A stretch of DNA of 64,000 nt from Nitrospirota bacterium (lineage in GTDB: Bacteria > Nitrospirota > UBA9217), in contig CAVUCU010000004.1 of assembly GCA_963740085.1 (NCBI GenBank), positions 480,001-544,000 of the forward strand, written 5' to 3'. Each line of letters opens with the position of its first letter. Within the stretch, counting starts at the first letter, position 1. The position numbers and the translations under genes were made by a program. Shown here piece after piece: positions 43,711-54,582 of the stretch. The notes under the pieces were generated by a model. That model searched no databases. It saw nothing but the letters and a program-made list of their open reading frames with translations, and had not been told where the DNA came from.

Positions 43711-45114
43711 ATGGGAGAAGCAACCGTGAAGACTAAACAGGTATTTTTTTGTCTCGTACTGACAGCGTTTATGCTGTCGTTGTTTACGCAGATGGGGTTT
43801 TCAGCGACGGAAGCCGTGTCATCAGGGCAAACCGGGACTGTTGCCGGACAATCCGGTGATAAGGAGCGTTCTACGGGAGGGCCGATTGCCAAAGACGAAA
43901 TACTGACCTTGAGCCGGTGTATTGATATCGCGCTCAAACAAAATCAGAACATCGCGGCTTCCGTGAGTACGGTTGAAGTCAACCGCAGCAGGGTTGGTGA
44001 AGCACGTTCCAATTATTACCCGCAACTGAGCGCACAGGCGGCCTATAACAGGATCAGTCCGATGACGGGGTCGCTGGCGGCGACCGGCCTTGTCAGTGGC
44101 TCACAGTCGTACGAGCAGTATTCGAGCAGTGTTATGCTTAATCAGAATATTCTGGATTTCGGCAAGACGTCGTCGCAGGTAAATATCTCAAAGTTTAATC
44201 TCGAGTCCTCCCGTTCAGATCTGAGCACAACGCAAGATTCGATCATTCTGAGCGTAAAGCAGGCATATTACGGAGTCTTGCAGACCAAACGGAACTGGGA
44301 CGTGGCTGCCGACGTCATAAAACAATTTCAACTGCACCTCGATCAGGCAAAGGGGTTTTACGAGGTCGGCACGAAGGCGAAAATAGATCTCATCAAGGCG
44401 GAAGTAGATCTGAGCAATGCAAAACTCAGCCTCATCAATGCGGAGAACGCCTTCAAAATCGCACGAGTTACGCTGAACAATGTGATAGGAGTCCCCGATG
44501 CGCCTGAGTATGCAATTGAAGACAACCTCTTATTCCAAAAATATACGATAACCGTGGAAGAGGCGACACAAAGGGCCTTTGAGAACAGGCCTGATCTGAA
44601 GTCGGCCATCGCGAAGAGGCAGGCCGCGGAAGAAGGCATCGGTTTGGCACGTACCGGTTATTATCCTTATGTATCAGGGAATGCAAGTTACAGTTGGGCG
44701 TCTGAAAAGATATCGTCACCGTTCGATCACGGCTGGAGCGCGGGTGTGGTCCTGACCGTGCCCCTGTTCAGCGGTTTTCTCACGAGTCATCAGGTGGCAG
44801 AATCAAAGTCAAATCTCTACATCCTGAAGGCAAACGAAGAATCATTGCGTCAGCAGATACTGCTCGATGTGCGCCAGGCATATCTGAACCTGCAGGCCGC
44901 TGAGGCCAGCATTGCGACCGCCGAACTGGCAACGTCGCAGGCAAAGGAGAACCTGGACCTCGCAAACGGCAGATACTCAGCCGGAGTGGGAAGCCCCATC
45001 GAGGTATCCGATGCGTTCGCCACCTATGTCACTGCCCAGGCGAACTATACCAGTGCCTTGTCTAATTACAAGATCGCCCAGGCCAGCATAGAAAAGGCTA
45101 TGGGAGCTCGGTAA
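43711..45114 (+). CDS. TolC-family outer-membrane efflux protein
   Basis: YYPQLS, VKQAYY, LTVPLFSG, RYSAG repeats. Confidence 0.9.
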   Translation: MGEATVKTKQVFFCLVLTAFMLSLFTQMGFSATEAVSSGQTGTVAGQSGDKERSTGGPIAKDEILTLSRCIDIALKQNQNIAASVSTVEVNRSRVGEARSNYYPQLSAQAAYNRISPMTGSLAATGLVSGSQSYEQYSSSVMLNQNILDFGKTSSQVNISKFNLESSRSDLSTTQDSIILSVKQAYYGVLQTKRNWDVAADVIKQFQLHLDQAKGFYEVGTKAKIDLIKAEVDLSNAKLSLINAENAFKIARVTLNNVIGVPDAPEYAIEDNLLFQKYTITVEEATQRAFENRPDLKSAIAKRQAAEEGIGLARTGYYPYVSGNASYSWASEKISSPFDHGWSAGVVLTVPLFSGFLTSHQVAESKSNLYILKANEESLRQQILLDVRQAYLNLQAAEASIATAELATSQAKENLDLANGRYSAGVGSPIEVSDAFATYVTAQANYTSALSNYKIAQASIEKAMGAR

Positions 45115-45224
45115 GGGAAAACCTTGTACAAGGAAAGGCCGGAGAGCCACCTTGTCCGCGCCGGGTTACCTGGCGGCTCTTCAAAATGTATTCTGTAAAT
45201 CAATAAAGAAAGGCAGCGAAAGAT

Positions 45225-46433
45225 ATGAGGTTTAAACTCGTGCATGCGTGCCCGAAACTGATCGTTGTGTTCACGCTGTTTCTCATCGCCGGTGCTTGTT
45301 CCGGCAATGGCAAGACAAAACAAGCCGCGCAGCGGGTCGTACCGGTAAAAACAGGCGATGTGATGCAGCAGAACATCCCGGTGCAGATCAATGCCATCGG
45401 CAATGTTGAGGCCTATAATGCCGTATCGATCAAGCCCCTCGTCGGCGGCGAAGTGGAAGGTGTGTATTTCCAGGAAGGGCAGGAAGTTAAGAAAGGCGAT
45501 CTGTTGTTCAAGATAGACGCACGCCCTTATGCAGCGGCGCTCAGACAGGCGGAAGCCGCGCTTGCACGGGACCAGGCGCAGGCAAAGAACGCGGAAGAGC
45601 AGGCCAAGCGGTACGCACTCCTGGTCGAGAAGGAATATGTATCCAAGGACCAGTATGACCAGCTTCGTGCCAACGCGGACGCTCTTGCAGCTACTATCGA
45701 TGCGGACAGGGCCAATGTTGACAGCAGCAGGCTTCAGCTTGGATACTGCACGATCACATCCCCCATCAACGGACGGGCCGGCAGCGTGCTGGTAAATAAC
45801 GGCAATGTCATCAAGGCAAACGATATTGCGATGACCACCATCAACCAAATCGTGCCGATTTATGTCACGTTCAGCGTACCTGAACAGAACCTGTCGGACA
45901 TAAAGAAATATACTGCCATGAAGGAGCTCAAGGTTGAGGCAATCATCCCGGGGGACGAGAAGCGCCCGGCTCATGGGGAACTGACGTTTATCGACAATGC
46001 GGTGGACAAGACCACGGGCACTATCCTGCTTAAAGGAACCTTTGAAAACAAGGACAGGAGGCTCTGGCCGGGACAGTTCGTCAATGTGGTCCTGACGCTT
46101 ACGACCCAGCGGAACGCTGTTGTCATGCCTGCCGCTGCCCTGCAGGCAGGACAGCAGGGGCAGTATGTTTTTGTTGTAAAACCGGACCTTACGGCTGAGT
46201 CCCGGCCGGTTACGGTCGCATGGTCGTACGGCGACCTTGCCGTTGTCGTTCACGGCGTGACACCGGGAGAAAAGGTAGTGACCGACGGACAGCTCAATTT
46301 AGTCTCCGGAGCACATGTGGAATTGAAAGACGAGCAACGTCAAAATGCCCCGGTGAAAAGCGGGCAGACAGGCAGCGCTCCGGTAACAACCGGCGGGACA
46401 ACTACAAAGCAAAATTCAGGAAAGGATAGATAA
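45225..46433 (+). CDS. RND efflux periplasmic adaptor (MdtA-like)
   Basis: VKKGDLLFKID, ITSPINGR, IDNAVDKTTGTI, LWPGQFV. Confidence 0.9.
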   Translation: MRFKLVHACPKLIVVFTLFLIAGACSGNGKTKQAAQRVVPVKTGDVMQQNIPVQINAIGNVEAYNAVSIKPLVGGEVEGVYFQEGQEVKKGDLLFKIDARPYAAALRQAEAALARDQAQAKNAEEQAKRYALLVEKEYVSKDQYDQLRANADALAATIDADRANVDSSRLQLGYCTITSPINGRAGSVLVNNGNVIKANDIAMTTINQIVPIYVTFSVPEQNLSDIKKYTAMKELKVEAIIPGDEKRPAHGELTFIDNAVDKTTGTILLKGTFENKDRRLWPGQFVNVVLTLTTQRNAVVMPAAALQAGQQGQYVFVVKPDLTAESRPVTVAWSYGDLAVVVHGVTPGEKVVTDGQLNLVSGAHVELKDEQRQNAPVKSGQTGSAPVTTGGTTTKQNSGKDR

Positions 46434-46510
46434 GCAACAGGCGTGCGATCGTTGTTGATACGCGAGGATCGTTGGCCCCGTTCACTTCTTGATATGCCGA
46501 GGAATATCCG

Positions 46511-49500
46511 ATGAACATCGCAGAACCCTTTATACGAAGACCGGTCATGACGACCCTGGTCATGAGCGCGATCCTTCTTTTCGGCATCATGGCATACCGT
46601 TTGCTGCCCGTGAGCGATCTGCCGAATGTGGATTTCCCGAACATCGTCGTGCGCGCCGCGCTGCCCGGCGCCAGTCCGGAGACGATGGCCTCTGCCGTGG
46701 CAACGCCGCTCGAACGCCAGTTTTCCACCATCGCCGGCCTCGACAATATGACGTCGGTGAGCGCGCTCGGATCCACCCAGATCAACCTTCAATTCAACCT
46801 CGGCAGGGACATCGATGCCGCGGCTCAGGACGTACAGGCCATGATCGCCAAGGCCGCGCGCCTGCTCCCGCCGGACATGCCGACGCCCCCGACCTATCAG
46901 AAGGTCAATCCCGCGGACCAGCCCATCATCTATGTCGCACTCAGTTCTCCCACACTCCCGCTTTCAGACGTAGATGAATACGCCGAGACCACGATGGCCC
47001 AACGCATTTCCATGATAAGCGGCGTGGCCCAGGTGCAGGTATATGGCTCACAGAAGTATGCGGTCCGCGCCCAACTCGATCCTCGTGCCCTTGCCTCACG
47101 CGGAATAGGCATCGACGAAGTCGCGAACGCGATTGCGAACGGAAACGTGAACCTGCCGACCGGGACCCTGCAAGGGGAAACGAAGTCGTTCACCATACAA
47201 ACGGGCGGTCAGCTCATGGATGCAGCGTCGTACCGCCCCCTCATCGTGGCATACCGCAACGGCAATCCCGTCCGGCTCCAGGAACTTGGCAAGGTCATCG
47301 ACAGCGTGGAAAACGACAAGGTCGCGAGCTGGTTCAATACGTCAAAGGCAAAGACCAGGGCCGTCATTCTTGCCATTCAGCGTCAGCCGGGCACCAACAC
47401 GGTCGAGGTCGTGGATTCCATTAAGAAGCTTTTACCGACATTTCGCGCGGTAATGCCGGCATCGGTCAATCTGGATATTCTCTTCGACCGCTCCAAGTCC
47501 ATACGTGAATCAGTCGGAGATGTCAAGTTGACCCTGATGCTTGCGATCATACTTGTCGTACTCGTCATTTTCCTTTTTTTACGCAATGTTTCGGCCACGA
47601 TCATCCCGAGCCTGGCGCTCCCCATGTCGATCATCGGCACGTTCACGGCAATGTATGTGCTCGGCTACAGCGTTGACAACCTTTCGCTCATGGCGATGAT
47701 CCTTGCCGTGGGATTCGTGGTTGACGACGCAATCGTGATGCTCGAGAATATTGTCCGGCACATGGAACACGGGGAACCCGTGCTTCAGGCCTCGCTCAAC
47801 GGGTCGAAAGAGATCGGCTTTACGATCCTGTCCATGACTTTTTCGCTGGTCGCGGTGTTCATCCCCGTGCTCTTCATGGGAGGTATCCTGGGACGCCTGC
47901 TCCATGAATTCGCGGTCGTGATCACCGTGGCTATTCTTGTTTCGGGCGTGGTGTCCCTCACACTGACCCCCATGCTCTGCAGCCGGTTTCTTCGGCCTCC
48001 CGGCGCCGAGCGGCACGGCCGGTTTTACATGGTCCTGGAGAAATTTTTCAATGTCCTGAGGAGCGGTTATGAGAGGAGTCTGACGTGGGTGCTTAAACAC
48101 CGCTTTGTCACGCTGATGATCTCCATTCTGCTTATTCCCGTGACGTTTGCGCTCTTTTATTTCATCCCGAAAGGCTTTCTCCCGACCGAGGACACGGGCC
48201 AGGTCTTTGCGATCACCGAGGCACAGCAGGGGATATCCTTTGCCGACATGAGACAGCATCAGCAGGAACTGGCGGATATCATCGCGCAGGACGAGAACGT
48301 AGAGGCATTCATGTCAAGCATCGGCGCGGGAGGACCGAACGCGGCTGCCAACTCGGGCCGGATCTTCATGAGGTTGAAGCCCCGTTCGGAGCGTAAACTG
48401 AGCGCTGACGAGATAATCCAGGAATTGCGCAGAAAAACCGCGGGCGTGATCGGCATCAGGATGTTCATGCAGAACCTGCCGCCCATCCGCATCGGCGGCG
48501 TGCTTACGAAGAGCCAATACCAGTATACGCTCCAGGGCCCGGACACGGACGAGCTGTATACAGCGGCCCCGGCCCTCGAAGCCAAACTTCGGACGTTGCC
48601 GCAGCTTCAGGACGTTACCTCCGACCTGCTTATAAAAAACCCTCAGGTAAACCTCGAGATAGACCGCGACAAGGCAGCGGCGCTCGGCGTCACGGCGCAG
48701 CAGATCGAAAGCGCGCTCAGCGCTGCGTATAGCTCGCAGCAGATATCAACCATCCTGGCGCCGACCAACCAGTATCAGGTCATCCTGGAGTTGGAACCAC
48801 GGTATCAGGCGGAGCCCTCTTCGTTGACCATGCTGTACATTCGCTCTTCATCCGGCAAATTAGTACCGCTCAATGTCGTTACCAAACGGACCGTGGGCAC
48901 GGGCCCGCTTCTCATCAATCATCTCGGACAGCTCCCCGCAGTCACTCTTTCCTTTAACCTGAAGCCAGGGGTTTCCCTCAGTGAAGCCGTCGGGGACGTG
49001 GGGAGAGTCGCCAGACAGACGCTGCCTGCGTCAATCACGACCAGTTTCCAGGGGAGCGCCCAGGCGTTTCAGTCGTCAACGCAGGGCCTTTTCCTTCTGC
49101 TGATCCTGGCCATACTGGTCATCTACATCGTCCTCGGCGTGCTGTACGAGAGCTTCGTCCATCCGCTCACGATCCTTTCCGGTCTTCCCGCGGCGGGTGT
49201 CGGGGCATTGCTGACCCTCCTGCTGTTCGGCAAGGAGCTTAATATTTACGGCTATGTGGGCATTATCATGCTTATCGGGATCGTGAAAAAGAACGCCATC
49301 ATGATGATCGACTTCGCCCTTGAAGCGGAACGCAAGGAAGGGAAAAACCCCGAGGAAGCTATCCTCGAAGGCGCCCTTGTCCGGTTCCGTCCGATCATGA
49401 TGACCTCGATGGCGGCCCTCATGGGCACGCTCCCTATTGCGCTGGGCGTGGGCGCCGGCGCCGAGGCGCGACAGCCCCTTGGGCTGGCCGTGGTCGGCGG

Positions 49501-49612
49501 CCTGCTCTTTTCGCAGCTGCTGACCCTGTATATAACGCCCGTCATCTATACGTATCTTGACACGTTCCAGCACAGGTTCGGGAAGCTCGCGATTTTTCGG
49601 ACACGAGGTTAA
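46511..49612 (+). CDS. RND efflux permease (MdtB/MdtC-like)
   Basis: FIRRPVMTTL, GFVVDDAIVMLENI, GIVKKNAIMMIDFA, RFRPIMMT. Confidence 0.95.
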   Translation: MNIAEPFIRRPVMTTLVMSAILLFGIMAYRLLPVSDLPNVDFPNIVVRAALPGASPETMASAVATPLERQFSTIAGLDNMTSVSALGSTQINLQFNLGRDIDAAAQDVQAMIAKAARLLPPDMPTPPTYQKVNPADQPIIYVALSSPTLPLSDVDEYAETTMAQRISMISGVAQVQVYGSQKYAVRAQLDPRALASRGIGIDEVANAIANGNVNLPTGTLQGETKSFTIQTGGQLMDAASYRPLIVAYRNGNPVRLQELGKVIDSVENDKVASWFNTSKAKTRAVILAIQRQPGTNTVEVVDSIKKLLPTFRAVMPASVNLDILFDRSKSIRESVGDVKLTLMLAIILVVLVIFLFLRNVSATIIPSLALPMSIIGTFTAMYVLGYSVDNLSLMAMILAVGFVVDDAIVMLENIVRHMEHGEPVLQASLNGSKEIGFTILSMTFSLVAVFIPVLFMGGILGRLLHEFAVVITVAILVSGVVSLTLTPMLCSRFLRPPGAERHGRFYMVLEKFFNVLRSGYERSLTWVLKHRFVTLMISILLIPVTFALFYFIPKGFLPTEDTGQVFAITEAQQGISFADMRQHQQELADIIAQDENVEAFMSSIGAGGPNAAANSGRIFMRLKPRSERKLSADEIIQELRRKTAGVIGIRMFMQNLPPIRIGGVLTKSQYQYTLQGPDTDELYTAAPALEAKLRTLPQLQDVTSDLLIKNPQVNLEIDRDKAAALGVTAQQIESALSAAYSSQQISTILAPTNQYQVILELEPRYQAEPSSLTMLYIRSSSGKLVPLNVVTKRTVGTGPLLINHLGQLPAVTLSFNLKPGVSLSEAVGDVGRVARQTLPASITTSFQGSAQAFQSSTQGLFLLLILAILVIYIVLGVLYESFVHPLTILSGLPAAGVGALLTLLLFGKELNIYGYVGIIMLIGIVKKNAIMMIDFALEAERKEGKNPEEAILEGALVRFRPIMMTSMAALMGTLPIALGVGAGAEARQPLGLAVVGGLLFSQLLTLYITPVIYTYLDTFQHRFGKLAIFRTRG

Positions 49613-49685
49613 CGGAGAAAATGCGACGCTCCCGCGGCAGTAAAGCGGGAATGAACAATACAACGAAAGAGGAATAGGACCTCAA

Positions 49686-50822
49686 ATGAAAAAAAAGGTA
49701 AAGATCACGTTACATCGCATAACGGTCGCCATGAGCCTTTTGGTCTTTCTATTCGGCTGCAAGGGCGATACACCCTCATACCGGACCGACCCTGTCACGC
49801 TCGGCGATATCCAGCAGTCGGTGACGGCGACCGGGACCGTGAATGCGGTGACGACGGTGCTGGTCGGCACCCAGGTATCAGGTACGATAAAACAACTTTT
49901 TGTCGATTTCAATTCTCGTGTGAAAAAAGGACAACTCATCGCGCAGATCGACCCCGAGATGTTCGAGGCGCAGGCGGCGCAGGCGCGGGCGAATGTGGCA
50001 AAGGCCGACTCGGCGTTCCAGGACGCGGAGCGAACGCTCAGGAGAAACCGGGAACTCTTTGGCAGGAACCTGATTCCCCGCAGCGACCTCGACACGGCAG
50101 AGACGAATTTCGAAAGTAACAAGGCGACCCTGCAGCAGGTGAAAGCAGCTCTCACCGTGGCGGAGACGAACGTTCGATACACGCGCATCCTGTCGCCCGT
50201 GGACGGTGTAGTGATATCGAGGGCAGTGGATGTTGGTCAGACCGTTGCCGCGAGTTTTCAGACGCCCACCTTGTTCACGATTGCACAGGACCTGACAAAA
50301 ATGCAGATCGACACGAACATCGCGGAGTCGGACATCGGGGTAATAAAAGTCGGGCAGGACGTGGAGTTTACGGTAGACGCCTATCCCGACACGACGTTCA
50401 AGGGGAAGGTATGGCAGATCAGGCAGGCACCCATCATCGTGCAGAACGTGGTCACTTACGACGTTGTGATCCAGGTGAACAATCGCGATCTCAAGCTCAT
50501 GCCTGGAATGACCGCCAATGTTTCGGTCATAATCATGACGAGACATGACGTGCTCAGGATCACCAATGCGGCTTTGCGGTTCCGCTTCTCCGAAAAGCCG
50601 GCAGGCGCAGGGGCGGGTGCCGGCTCACCCGAAAAGAAGGGACCTTCGGTCTGGGCCCTCGAGAATGGAAAGCCGAAGCGCATCAACATAACTCCGGGCA
50701 TCAGCGACGGTACCTATACCGAGGTTGCGTCCGGAGATCTGAAAGAGGGTCAGAATATCATTGTTGAAGCCCTGAAGAAGGGCAGCAAACCGCAGGGACC
50801 TTCAGGGCCGAGGATGTTCTAA
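49686..50822 (+). CDS. MacA-like periplasmic adaptor
   Basis: VTATGTV, VGTQVSG, VGQTVAASFQTPTLF, LMPGMTA. Confidence 0.88.
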   Translation: MKKKVKITLHRITVAMSLLVFLFGCKGDTPSYRTDPVTLGDIQQSVTATGTVNAVTTVLVGTQVSGTIKQLFVDFNSRVKKGQLIAQIDPEMFEAQAAQARANVAKADSAFQDAERTLRRNRELFGRNLIPRSDLDTAETNFESNKATLQQVKAALTVAETNVRYTRILSPVDGVVISRAVDVGQTVAASFQTPTLFTIAQDLTKMQIDTNIAESDIGVIKVGQDVEFTVDAYPDTTFKGKVWQIRQAPIIVQNVVTYDVVIQVNNRDLKLMPGMTANVSVIIMTRHDVLRITNAALRFRFSEKPAGAGAGAGSPEKKGPSVWALENGKPKRINITPGISDGTYTEVASGDLKEGQNIIVEALKKGSKPQGPSGPRMF

Positions 50823-50823
50823 G

Positions 50824-51516
50824 ATGGCGCTTATCGAAGCAAGGAAGATCACCAAAGTATATAGTCTCGGCGACGTTGAAGTGCGGGCCCTTGACGGAAT
50901 TTCGACGACCATCGAAAAAGGCGAGTTCGTGGCGATCATGGGCCAGTCCGGTTCGGGCAAATCGACCTTTATGAATGTTCTTGGCTGCCTCGATACGCCC
51001 ACGAACGGACACTATCTCCTGGATGGCGTCGATACAGGCGGTTTGTCGCGCGACGCACTTGCCGAGATCAGGAATAAAAAGCTCGGGTTCGTATTCCAGG
51101 GATTCAATCTCTTGTCCCGAACTTCGGCGGAAGAAAATGTTGAACTGCCGCTTCTGTACGACGGGTCCCCTGCAAAGGAACGGAGGGAACGGGCCCGGTC
51201 CGCACTTAAAAGTGTGGGGCTCGAAGGCAGGGAGGGGCATCACCCGAACCAGCTCTCCGGAGGCCAGCAGCAGCGCGTTGCGATCGCCCGCGCGCTGGTG
51301 AACGATGCGCCGATCATCCTTGCCGACGAACCCACAGGAAATCTCGACACCAAGACCAGCATTGAGATCATGGAGCTCTTTGTGAAATTGAACCGGGAGT
51401 CACACATAACGGTCATCCTGGTGACCCATGAACCCGATATCGCGACATTCAGCAAACGGATCGTGCGGTTTTCAGATGGCCATATTGTGAGTGATGAAGC
51501 GGTGATAAAATCGTGA
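50824..51516 (+). CDS. MacB-type ABC ATP-binding subunit
   Basis: [34 protein letters not shown]. Confidence 0.92.
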   Translation: MALIEARKITKVYSLGDVEVRALDGISTTIEKGEFVAIMGQSGSGKSTFMNVLGCLDTPTNGHYLLDGVDTGGLSRDALAEIRNKKLGFVFQGFNLLSRTSAEENVELPLLYDGSPAKERRERARSALKSVGLEGREGHHPNQLSGGQQQRVAIARALVNDAPIILADEPTGNLDTKTSIEIMELFVKLNRESHITVILVTHEPDIATFSKRIVRFSDGHIVSDEAVIKS

Positions 51517-52747
51517 TCAACATCCCTTCCACCTTCAAGATATCGATCCGTGCGCTTCGGGTGAACAAAATGCGCTCCAGCCTTACCATGCTCGGCATCA
51601 TTATCGGTGTCGGCGCAGTTATTGCCATGGTCGCCGTCGGCGCAGGTGCGAGCCAGAAGATTGCCGCTCAGATATCGAGCATGGGGAGCAACCTCCTCAT
51701 TATTCTTCCGGGATCGACGTCTTCGGGAGGTGTCAGGATGGGAGCTGGTTCGCAGCCTACGCTTTCCCTGGCGGACGCTGATGCCATTGTCAAAGAGTGC
51801 CCGTCGGTGGCGGATGTCGCTCCCACATTGGGCGGCGTGGCTCAGATTGTGACCGGCCACATGAACTGGTCCACCGGCGTTAATGGGACGACGCCGGCGC
51901 TTCCTGAATGTGCGGGACTGGGACCTCCGATCCGGAAGGCCGTTCACCCAGCAGGACGTAAAGAGCGCGACCAAGGTGGCCTTGCTTGGCCAGACCGTAT
52001 CGTTTAATCTCTTCGGGGACCAGAACCCGGTGGGCCAGACGATCAGGATCAAGAACGTTCCCTTTACCGTTATCGGCGTGCTTGCGACCAAGGGCCAGTC
52101 CGCACAGAGGGCAGGACCAGGACGATACGATCCTCATCCCGGTCACCACGGCCCAGAAGAAACTATTCGGCACCCAGTTTCCCGGGCATGGTCAGGATCA
52201 TCCTCGTCAAGGCAAGGAGCGCACAGGATCTCTCGTTAGCTGAGCAGCAGATAACCGAGCTTTTAAAACAGCGGCACCATATCGGCCAGAAACAGGACAA
52301 TGATTTTACCGTTCGGAACCTTACCAGATGATGCAGGCCGCGCGAGCAATCTACCAAGGTGATGACGCTTCTGCTCGGGTGCAATTGCTTCGGTATCGCT
52401 TCTGGTTGGCGGGATCGGCATCATGAACATAATGCTCGTATCCGTGACCGAGCGTACGCGCGAGATCGGGATCCGCATGGCCATTGGTGCAAAAACCTGG
52501 GACATCCGGCTCCAGTTCATCATCGAAGCGCTTACACTTTCCCTGATAGGGGGCATCATCGGCATCATTGTAGGCGTATCAACGGCGATGATATCTCTCG
52601 TCCTTCTCCGGATGGCCTACGGTCGTATCGCCGCTCTCCATCTTGATGGCCTTCAGTTTTTCCGGCTTCATCGGCATCTTCTTCGGGTTCTATCCGGCCT
52701 ATAAAGCCTCGCTCCTGAATCCTATCGATGCGCTGCGGTATGAGTAG
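51513..52747 (+). CDS. MacB-type ABC permease; several frameshifts
   Basis: [36 protein letters not shown], terminal PIDALRYE, spread over frames. Confidence 0.85.
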
Positions 52748-52840
52748 CCTCAGGGATCGCGCGATTTCCGCGGCTTGATGGAGTCGAAAGCGTTCTAACC
52801 ATAATTTACCCGTTCGATATGCCGTAACACAACAATTACA

Positions 52841-53257
52841 ATGCACACACTGAAGATAAAAAACATGCGCCTGCGAAAAATCTTGTACCTTAGTAGCGCT
52901 GTTGTCCTGCTGGTCGGTCTGAGCAGCTCCGTAGTTATCTATCGGGCAGCCATGAATGATGCGACCAGCGATTCGAGCTATGAATTCATTGGCGGATTTG
53001 TGTATCCGGCTGAGGGTGGAAATACAAAGAAATATGTCCATGATCTGCAGCTCTACGGCGGAAACGCGGCTGTGCTTGCGGATGAGTTCATGCGCTGGTT
53101 TACCGGGCTATGGCGGGGCGAGACTCTTGCGTATACCATTGGCTTCATCACGGTGTCACTCTCGCTTGTGCTATTCCTTATTGCCTGGAGAGCCCCATCC
53201 CGCAGCGCCGGCAGTCCTCCTGATGACGATCGGGTGGGACAGGATAGGGACCACTGA
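52841..53257 (+). CDS. Hypothetical two-TM membrane protein
   Basis: Two hydrophobic segments flanking KKYVHDLQLYGG. Confidence 0.6.
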   Translation: MHTLKIKNMRLRKILYLSSAVVLLVGLSSSVVIYRAAMNDATSDSSYEFIGGFVYPAEGGNTKKYVHDLQLYGGNAAVLADEFMRWFTGLWRGETLAYTIGFITVSLSLVLFLIAWRAPSRSAGSPPDDDRVGQDRDH

Positions 53258-53467
53258 CCAAAATTGCCCCCGGCATACCTACCGCCGGTATCACACCCGC
53301 TCGACGCGTCGGGTAGGAGTAGTTTTTCCTTACGGGAAAGGCCGATCTGTGGTATGATACCCGGCATAATAAAGCGCAAAATACACACATCAAGCTCTAT
53401 AATCGCAACGGCATATTTAACCTGTTTGACCCGCCTTCTGCGATGAGGAAACAAGGGAGATGAACAT

Positions 53468-54382
53468 ATGAAGGTTCTCAGGTCGTGCATCCTGGTTGTC
53501 GCGCTCATAGCGGGCGCATCGGGTTTGATTGGCTGCAATCAACGTGGCGATACACTTGCCCTGGTCACGGTGACGCCGGCTAATCAAGTCATGGCGAAGG
53601 ATACAACGCAGCAGTTTACGGCAAACGGGACGTTTACGAACGGCATGATCATTCTCTGGACGCAGGTCGTGACCTGGAGCTCATCCGATGAAAGTGTTGC
53701 AACGGTCAGCAATGTACCGGGATCAAACGGCCTCGTTTCTTCTCATGGTTACGGCACTGCGGTTATTACCGCCTTCGACGCGGCAAATAATATCTCCGGG
53801 ACCGCCATCCTCACGGTCAGCGATCCGTACTCAGTTTCGATTTTCCCGACTAACCCCTATATGCCTGTCGGGGCATCACACCAGTTCTCAGCGATAGCAT
53901 TATTTTCCGGCGGGACAGTTACGCAGGTCATAACATCGTCTGCAACGTGGAATGCATTATCTCCCGGGATAGCGACGATTGCCAATACACCTGGAGTGGC
54001 CGGCAATGGTTTTGTAACCGCAGGTCCCGTTTCAGGAACTACAGACATCCAGGCAACAGACCCGGTAAGCGGCGCCACCGGAACAACCACGATCACGGTC
54101 ACGAGTACCCCGATAGTGGCCCTCACGGTAAGTCCTGTCACTCCGATCATCTCGCTGAGTACCGCGACGACGCAGCAGTTCACCGCGATAGGAACGTTTC
54201 AGGACGGTACGACAACTCCAGCGCTGGCGACAACATGGGCCTGGAGTTCATCGAATACCGCGGTCGCAACGATCGACTACTATACCGGTCTTGCCACGGC
54301 GGTCGCTCCAGGAGCTGTCACTATTACGGCAACAGACCCGATAACAGGTGTAGCGGGAAACACGACATTGACTTTGCAATAA
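53468..54382 (+). CDS. Lipoprotein with three bacterial Ig-like (Big_2) domains
   Basis: LIGC lipobox; repeated VTP..QFTA.G.F..WSSS..VATV units. Confidence 0.85.
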   Translation: MKVLRSCILVVALIAGASGLIGCNQRGDTLALVTVTPANQVMAKDTTQQFTANGTFTNGMIILWTQVVTWSSSDESVATVSNVPGSNGLVSSHGYGTAVITAFDAANNISGTAILTVSDPYSVSIFPTNPYMPVGASHQFSAIALFSGGTVTQVITSSATWNALSPGIATIANTPGVAGNGFVTAGPVSGTTDIQATDPVSGATGTTTITVTSTPIVALTVSPVTPIISLSTATTQQFTAIGTFQDGTTTPALATTWAWSSSNTAVATIDYYTGLATAVAPGAVTITATDPITGVAGNTTLTLQ

Positions 54383-54582
54383 TAGCGTACCGTGAGAGGG
54401 TCGGTTCTTAGACCGGTCCTCTTGTTACGATGCGTTAAGAACAGGTGAGACCAAACTGTTCGACCTCACAAGAAGATGCAATCTTGCCTTTTACCCTTGC
54501 GCGATTGTTCATGGCAGGCTCTCCGGACCCCTCAAAATCGACATGGTAAGGCGCCGTGACCTTATTGGGTTTTGGCCCGCTA

